This document shows positions 59,418 to 64,000 of a stretch of 64,000 nt of DNA, one piece after another. Every line of letters begins with the position of its first letter. Position 1 is the first letter of the stretch. A program made the position numbers and the translations under genes. Location of the stretch: assembly GCA_963838285.1 (NCBI GenBank), contig CAWIQP010000011.1, forward strand, positions 75,917-139,916. Direction: 5' to 3'. Under the pieces are notes generated by a model that worked only from the letters and a program-made list of their open reading frames with translations, ran no database searches and was not told the origin of the DNA. This stretch comes from an uncultured Chloroflexia bacterium (GTDB lineage: Bacteria > Chloroflexota > Limnocylindria > Limnocylindrales > CSP1-4).

Positions 59418-59552
59418 ATGAAACAGACCTACCAGCCCAAGAAGCGGCATCGCAGCAAGGAACACGGCTTCCGCGCCCGGATGAAGACCACCGGGGGACG
59501 CCGGGTGTTGGCCGCCCGCCGCGCTCACGGCCGCAAGAAGCTCACGGTCTGA
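59418..59552 (+). CDS. rpmH: 50S ribosomal protein L34
   Basis: [44 protein letters not shown]. Confidence 0.95.
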   Translation: MKQTYQPKKRHRSKEHGFRARMKTTGGRRVLAARRAHGRKKLTV

Positions 59553-59584
59553 AGACGGACCGCGGCCACAATCCGCCGCGGCTG

Positions 59585-59923
59585 GTGATGCTCTCCAAGC
59601 CGGAGGACTTCGCGGCGCTGCAGGGAGAAGGAATCGTCAGGTCCCACTCACTGCTGCTGGTTCGAATCCGACGGACGGGCCTCGAGGAGACGCGCTTCGG
59701 ACTATCGACCGGACGCAAGCTCGGCGGAGCGGTGGTTCGGAATCGGGTGCGCAGGCGACTCCGGGAGGCGCTCAGGGTGATGGCGCCCTCGTTCCAGCCA
59801 GGCTGGGACGTCCTGATCATCGCCCGATCGCCTGTCATCGGCGCGGACTTCCAGACGCTGACGGGCGCACTGCACAACCTCCTCCGCCGGGGAGGCGTTC
59901 TCGGAGGGCGGACCGTCACGTGA
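59585..59923 (+). CDS. rnpA: ribonuclease P protein component
   Basis: starts 30 nt after rpmH; [16 protein letters not shown]...[15 protein letters not shown] motif. Confidence 0.85.
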   Translation: MMLSKPEDFAALQGEGIVRSHSLLLVRIRRTGLEETRFGLSTGRKLGGAVVRNRVRRRLREALRVMAPSFQPGWDVLIIARSPVIGADFQTLTGALHNLLRRGGVLGGRTVT

Positions 59924-60126
59924 AAACGGTCGGCATCGGGCTCATAAGGCTCTACCGCCGCCTCTTCGCCTGGCGCCCGTCGGTCTGTCGCTACGAGCCA
60001 ACCTGCTCGGTCTACACCGAACAGGCCATCGCCAAGTACGGTCTGCTTCGAGGGAGCTGGATGGGAATGCGTCGAATCGCTCGCTGCCACCCGTGGAGTC
60101 GTGGTGGCTACGACCCTGTTCGCTAG
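59920..60126 (+). CDS. yidD: membrane protein insertion efficiency factor YidD
   Basis: GTGA overlap with rnpA stop; [34 protein letters not shown]. Confidence 0.85.
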   Translation: MKTVGIGLIRLYRRLFAWRPSVCRYEPTCSVYTEQAIAKYGLLRGSWMGMRRIARCHPWSRGGYDPVR

Positions 60127-61390
60127 CGTGACCTCTCTCGGGCGGAAGCCCTCCTCCAGGTCCCGGGCCCTCACCCGCTGGGCCGCATTCGGGCTGTTCG
60201 TCGCGCTCCTGGCCCTCGCGGTCGTGGCCTGCGGAACGGCCGCCGCAGCCGATCCGACGCCGACGGCTCAGGTCGGTGCGGTGGCTTCGGCTCCCGCCCA
60301 GGCCGCGGCAGGCGTCTCGGCGTCGCCCCTTCCCAGCCCAACCGCCAGTCCGGCCCCGCTGCTTGCGGCTACCCCCGGCGCGGATCCGGCCTCGCTGTTC
60401 GGCTGGCTCTTCACGCCGATCTTCCAGGGGCTTTTCCTCCTCCTGGCCGGGCTCTACGCGCTGACGGGCAATATCGTCGTCTCGATCGTGCTGATGACGC
60501 TGCTGATACGGCTCGTCACGGTCCGCCTCTCGGCTCGGCAGATCGTGTCGCAGAAGCGGATGCAGATGCTGTCGAAGGAACTGAGGGTCCTGAACCAGGA
60601 ACTGCAACGCCGCTACAAGGGCGACCGCCTGGCCATACAGCAGGCCACACAGGCGTTCTACAAAGAACGGGGCGTCAGCCCAACCGCGGGCTGCCTGCCG
60701 TCGCTGCTGCAGATGGGCCTGCTCTTTCCGATGTACTGGGTCATCCGAGACGGCCTGACGAACTTCGATCCGAGCGCCATGCTGCGCGTCTTCGGAGTCG
60801 ACCTGGTTCCGTCGATCGTATGCCCCAACCCGGCCCACATCGTCAACGGAGTCGTCGACAAGGCTCTTCCGTGCATCAACACGGTCGTCTTCGACATCAA
60901 CGTCGGGCAGCCGCAGGTCCTCTTCAATCTGCCGCTGGGCTTCTTCACCCTCGGCGTGAGCGCGCTGGCCCTGACGGCCGGCCTGCTGCAATTCGTCCAA
61001 AGCCGAATGCTGATGCCGCCGGCCTCGGAGAGCGATCCGTCGGCCAGCACTCAGCGCACGATGATGGTCATCTTCCCGTTCTTCTCGATAATCTACGGCG
61101 GCTTCCTCCCCGCCGGGCTTTTCGTCTACTGGATCTCGACCTCAGTCTTCTCGATCACTCAGCAATTCATGATCGTCGGGTGGGGCTCGATGTTCCCGCT
61201 CTTCGGCTGGAGCCCGTCCTTCGCCCGAAACCACACCCCAAGGTTCCCGGTCACCATGCCCGAGCCAGTCGACGCAGGCAAGTCGCTGGCGGCCACCCGG
61301 CACAAGCCGGAGGAGCGGTGGGCATCCGCGGCCTCAACGTTACGGCCCAACACGCACAGGCGCGCAGGCCGACGAGGGAGACGACGCTGA
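60101..61390 (+). CDS. yidC: membrane protein insertase YidC (with signal peptide/lipobox-like VVACG)
   Basis: Ala/Pro-rich periplasmic linker then 60-kDa insertase core ([19 protein letters not shown]...[34 protein letters not shown]). Confidence 0.9.
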   Translation: MVATTLFASVTSLGRKPSSRSRALTRWAAFGLFVALLALAVVACGTAAAADPTPTAQVGAVASAPAQAAAGVSASPLPSPTASPAPLLAATPGADPASLFGWLFTPIFQGLFLLLAGLYALTGNIVVSIVLMTLLIRLVTVRLSARQIVSQKRMQMLSKELRVLNQELQRRYKGDRLAIQQATQAFYKERGVSPTAGCLPSLLQMGLLFPMYWVIRDGLTNFDPSAMLRVFGVDLVPSIVCPNPAHIVNGVVDKALPCINTVVFDINVGQPQVLFNLPLGFFTLGVSALALTAGLLQFVQSRMLMPPASESDPSASTQRTMMVIFPFFSIIYGGFLPAGLFVYWISTSVFSITQQFMIVGWGSMFPLFGWSPSFARNHTPRFPVTMPEPVDAGKSLAATRHKPEERWASAASTLRPNTHRRAGRRGRRR

Positions 61391-61391
61391 C

Positions 61392-62465
61392 ATGACTGCT
61401 TATCGCGACGCTTACCGAGAATTCACCGGCAAGACGGTGGAGGAGGCCCTGCGCGGGGCCCGGGAAGAGTTCGGTGTGGGCCTCGACGAGCTCGACTTCG
61501 AGATCCTGACGCCGGGCAGCCGCGGCGTCCTGGGTATGGGCGCGGAGCCCGCCCGGGTCCTGGCGGCACCCCGCTCGGCGCTGGGCGGCGCCGCTCCAAA
61601 GCGAGAGGCGGCTGCGCAGGTTCCGATCGCGGCGCCCAGCCACGACCGTGAGGATCGCCCGCGCCACGACCGCGACTTCGGACACGACCGCGACCGAGGC
61701 CCGCGCCCCGCCTGGCGTGAAGACCGGGCCCCCTCGGCGGATCGAGGCCCCCGCCCCGCCGGCGACCGCGACCGTGCTCCCCGCCCCGCCGGCGACCGTG
61801 GACCCCGCCCGAGTGGCGGCCACTTCGACCGAGACCGTGGCCCCCGCCCCGCCGGCGACCGCGGACCCCGCCCCGACCGCGGCCCGCGTTTCGACGCAGG
61901 CCACCGTCCCCCCGCCGGCCTGACGCCAAAGGATCTCGCCGAGATCGCGGCCGCGCGCGGGACTCCGCATCCCGAACGGTCGGAGTCGGCCGAGGTCACG
62001 CCCGAGGCCATGGCCGCGGCCAAGGAGATCCTCGAGCAGGTGATGACCCGGCTCGAGTTCAACGTCCGCGTCGAGATCAAGGCGGGCGAGACGAACCGAC
62101 TCAACGTCGTCGGAGAGGGCGACGAGAAGGAAGCGCTCGGCGCCTTGATCGGGCGCAAGGGCGAGCGCCTCTCGGCGCTGCAGCACCTCGTCAACCTGCT
62201 GCTGTCGAAGCGCGTCGGCGAGTGGACGAGGATCCTGGTCGACGTCGAGGACTACCGCGGCCGGCGCGAACGCCAGCTGCGCGACATCGCCAACCGCGCC
62301 GCGGAACGCGTCGTCGAGACCGGGAAGATGCTCCAGCTGGAACCGATGCCCGCGCTCGAGCGGCGCTGGATCCATCTCGCCCTGCGCGACCACGAGCGCG
62401 TCGGCACGCAGTCCATCGGCGAGGAGCCGAATCGGCGCGTGGTCGTCTTGCCGCGCGACATCTGA
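61392..62465 (+). CDS. khpB: Jag/KhpB R3H-domain RNA-binding protein
   Basis: Jag_N (EALRGAREEFG...EILTPGSRGVLG), tandem DRGPRPAGDR-type linker repeats, KH (NVVGEGDEKEALGALIGRKGERLSALQHL) and R3H (RRWIHLALRDHERVGTQSIGEEPNRRV) domains. Confidence 0.85.
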   Translation: MTAYRDAYREFTGKTVEEALRGAREEFGVGLDELDFEILTPGSRGVLGMGAEPARVLAAPRSALGGAAPKREAAAQVPIAAPSHDREDRPRHDRDFGHDRDRGPRPAWREDRAPSADRGPRPAGDRDRAPRPAGDRGPRPSGGHFDRDRGPRPAGDRGPRPDRGPRFDAGHRPPAGLTPKDLAEIAAARGTPHPERSESAEVTPEAMAAAKEILEQVMTRLEFNVRVEIKAGETNRLNVVGEGDEKEALGALIGRKGERLSALQHLVNLLLSKRVGEWTRILVDVEDYRGRRERQLRDIANRAAERVVETGKMLQLEPMPALERRWIHLALRDHERVGTQSIGEEPNRRVVVLPRDI

Positions 62466-62708
62466 ACCGAGTGTATTGTCGGCGGGCCTCCCGCGGGTGA
62501 AAGAAGTCAGTTCCTCGTAGCCACCACTTCGAGGGGTTACAAAGTTACCCGTCTTGCTCAACGATTCGGGCGGACGGCGTAACGGGTAGTTGCGGTCGCG
62601 CGTCTATCGCCCGGCCGGCGTCAACGCCCGGTCCATTCACCCACGCCACTAGTTGCCGTCAGCGCCGGTTCCCGACCGGTGCGGTAGAAGCGGTAGAAAA
62701 GGATTGAG

Positions 62709-64000
62709 ATGACCACGGACTCGCTCGGGCCAGACTCGCTCGGGTCGAAGGAGCAGAACAAGGGCTCGGTTCGCGACGTGCAGTTCGCGTCGGTCCCGGC
62801 CAAAGCCTCGGGTGGCGAAGCGGCCGAACGGACGGACGTCGGCGCTATCGCCCCGCAGCCTCCGCGACAGTCGACTCCGACTCCGGCGCCCGCGCCGGCC
62901 CGTGCAGCCTCGGCAACTCCTCGCGATCTTCGCGCGGTCGGTTTCGTGGTTGCGTTCGTCGTCGGCGCCGTCGCGGCCCTCTTCCTGCTCTCGGCGGTCG
63001 CCTTCGGCTTCGCCGGGACCTACGACAACCGCGTCCTGCCGGGCGTGCACGTCGGGTCGGTCGACCTGTCGGGACTCACTCGCGACCAGGCCATCGCCAA
63101 GCTGCAGTCCGGGCTGTCGTATCTGAGCCAGGGCCAGGTCACGGTGACGACCCCGGCCGGGACGGCCACCATCACGTACCAGCAGGCCGGCCGCGGGCCC
63201 GACGTGGAGGCCATGGCCGACGCGGCAATGGCCGTCGGCCACTCCGGTAATGCAATCTCAGACGCCGCGAGCGTCGTCCATACCGCGGCCTTCGGCCAGG
63301 ACATTCCCGTGGTCGTCCAGGTGGACCCGAACGTGCTGGCCCAACGCCTCCACGAGCTCGTCGGCACGGACACGGTCGAGCCGCAGAACGCTCAGGCCAT
63401 GTCGAAGGACGGCGCCTTCAGCTTCACTCCTTCGTCGACGGGTAAGGGCATCGACGAGATGGCCGTGGGCACGGCGATCATCAATCAACTGACCCAGCCC
63501 AGCTCACCGCCGGATCTCCAGTCGAGCGCCTCGTTCGTGTCGTTGAAGCCGCAGATCACGGATTCCGACGCCCAGAACGCGATCTCGATGGCACAGAAGA
63601 TGACCGTGGACGTCCACGTGACCTGGAGCGTGCCGCCCGCCTCGGCGCCGGCCAACTGGAAGAGCTCGAAGTGGACGATCAGTGCTGCTCAGATCGGCGG
63701 CTGGATCGTCTTCGGCACGCGGCAGGACGGGACGTATGCGCCGGCAGTCGATCCGGCCAAGGTGCAGGCGTATCTCGCGACCGTCACCGCCAAGACCACC
63801 ATTCCCGCGCAGGAGCCCACCGTCAAATGGGACTCCACCGGCAAGCCGATCGGCCTAGCGTCGGGCGTGGACGGTGTTGGCATCGACCTCGCCGCCACGA
63901 GCTCGGCCGTCTCCGCTTACCTTGATACGCTCGCGAGCGGCGGCAGCGTCGGGCCGAGCGTCGAGGTCGTCACGACGCCGATCTCGCCTCAGATCACGAA
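62709..64000 (+). CDS. membrane-anchored VanW/YoaR-like protein with repeated putative peptidoglycan-binding domains (3' end outside window)
   Basis: open frame from ATG 62709 to the window edge, absent from the ORF track (no in-window stop); TM AVGFVVAFVVGAVAALFLL; motif LPGVHVGSVDLSGLTRDQAIAKLQ; replaces the canonical rsmG-parA-parB position after jag. Confidence 0.5.
   Translation, partial: MTTDSLGPDSLGSKEQNKGSVRDVQFASVPAKASGGEAAERTDVGAIAPQPPRQSTPTPAPAPARAASATPRDLRAVGFVVAFVVGAVAALFLLSAVAFGFAGTYDNRVLPGVHVGSVDLSGLTRDQAIAKLQSGLSYLSQGQVTVTTPAGTATITYQQAGRGPDVEAMADAAMAVGHSGNAISDAASVVHTAAFGQDIPVVVQVDPNVLAQRLHELVGTDTVEPQNAQAMSKDGAFSFTPSSTGKGIDEMAVGTAIINQLTQPSSPPDLQSSASFVSLKPQITDSDAQNAISMAQKMTVDVHVTWSVPPASAPANWKSSKWTISAAQIGGWIVFGTRQDGTYAPAVDPAKVQAYLATVTAKTTIPAQEPTVKWDSTGKPIGLASGVDGVGIDLAATSSAVSAYLDTLASGGSVGPSVEVVTTPISPQIT

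Noticed and set aside
59659-59669. tRNA T-arm-like GGTTCGAATCC
   Set aside because: Lies inside the rnpA coding frame ([10 protein letters not shown]) with no acceptor/anticodon stems around it; no tRNA or rRNA detected anywhere in the window

Overview
The window is a very high-GC (~70%) chromosomal segment from a Gram-positive-like (Actinomycetota or related terrabacterial) genome. It spans the replication origin neighbourhood: recF-dnaN-dnaA lie on the minus strand and rpmH-rnpA-yidD-yidC-jag diverge on the plus strand, with a DnaA-box cluster in the dnaA-dnaN spacer.

Contents in order:
- a dnaJ-like/clpB chaperone pair;
- small-metabolism genes (AGE-family epimerase, NUDIX hydrolase, cupin) and hypothetical ORFs;
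- purH and folK converging on a ~0.9 kb repeat-rich non-coding spacer;
- a DUF2064-like gene and a MidA-like methyltransferase;
- a 14-gene NADH:quinone oxidoreductase (complex I) locus with non-canonical order nuoA-B-C-D-H-(I'::E)-F-(G'::GltD-like)-J-K-L-M-N;
- a sortase-like gene, an MFS transporter and a lipoprotein;
- an ArsR-headed phosphatidylinositol/PIM operon (pgsA1, two PatA-like acyltransferases, PHP, pimA) directly abutting an island of four GT-C membrane glycosyltransferases plus a Ppm1-like GT2 synthase;
- a bifunctional-nuclease-family gene, a large membrane/propeller protein and DUF721.

Caveat: at least six genes (purH, midA twice, nuoL, DUF2064, lipoprotein, NUDIX/GNAT) show single-base frameshifts at short homopolymer runs. 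The assembly is probably indel-prone, so fusions and truncations reported here need read-level confirmation. No tRNA, rRNA or CRISPR was found.

Most interesting:
- the complex I locus, where canonical NuoG is replaced by a NuoG-N-terminus::GltD-like NAD(P)H oxidoreductase and NuoI is reduced to one 4Fe-4S motif fused to NuoE;
- the contiguous PI-to-PIM-to-PPM-dependent GT-C glycosylation supercluster, including a 1753-aa PMT-like protein;
- two unrelated 120-bp tandem repeats in convergent intergenic regions.
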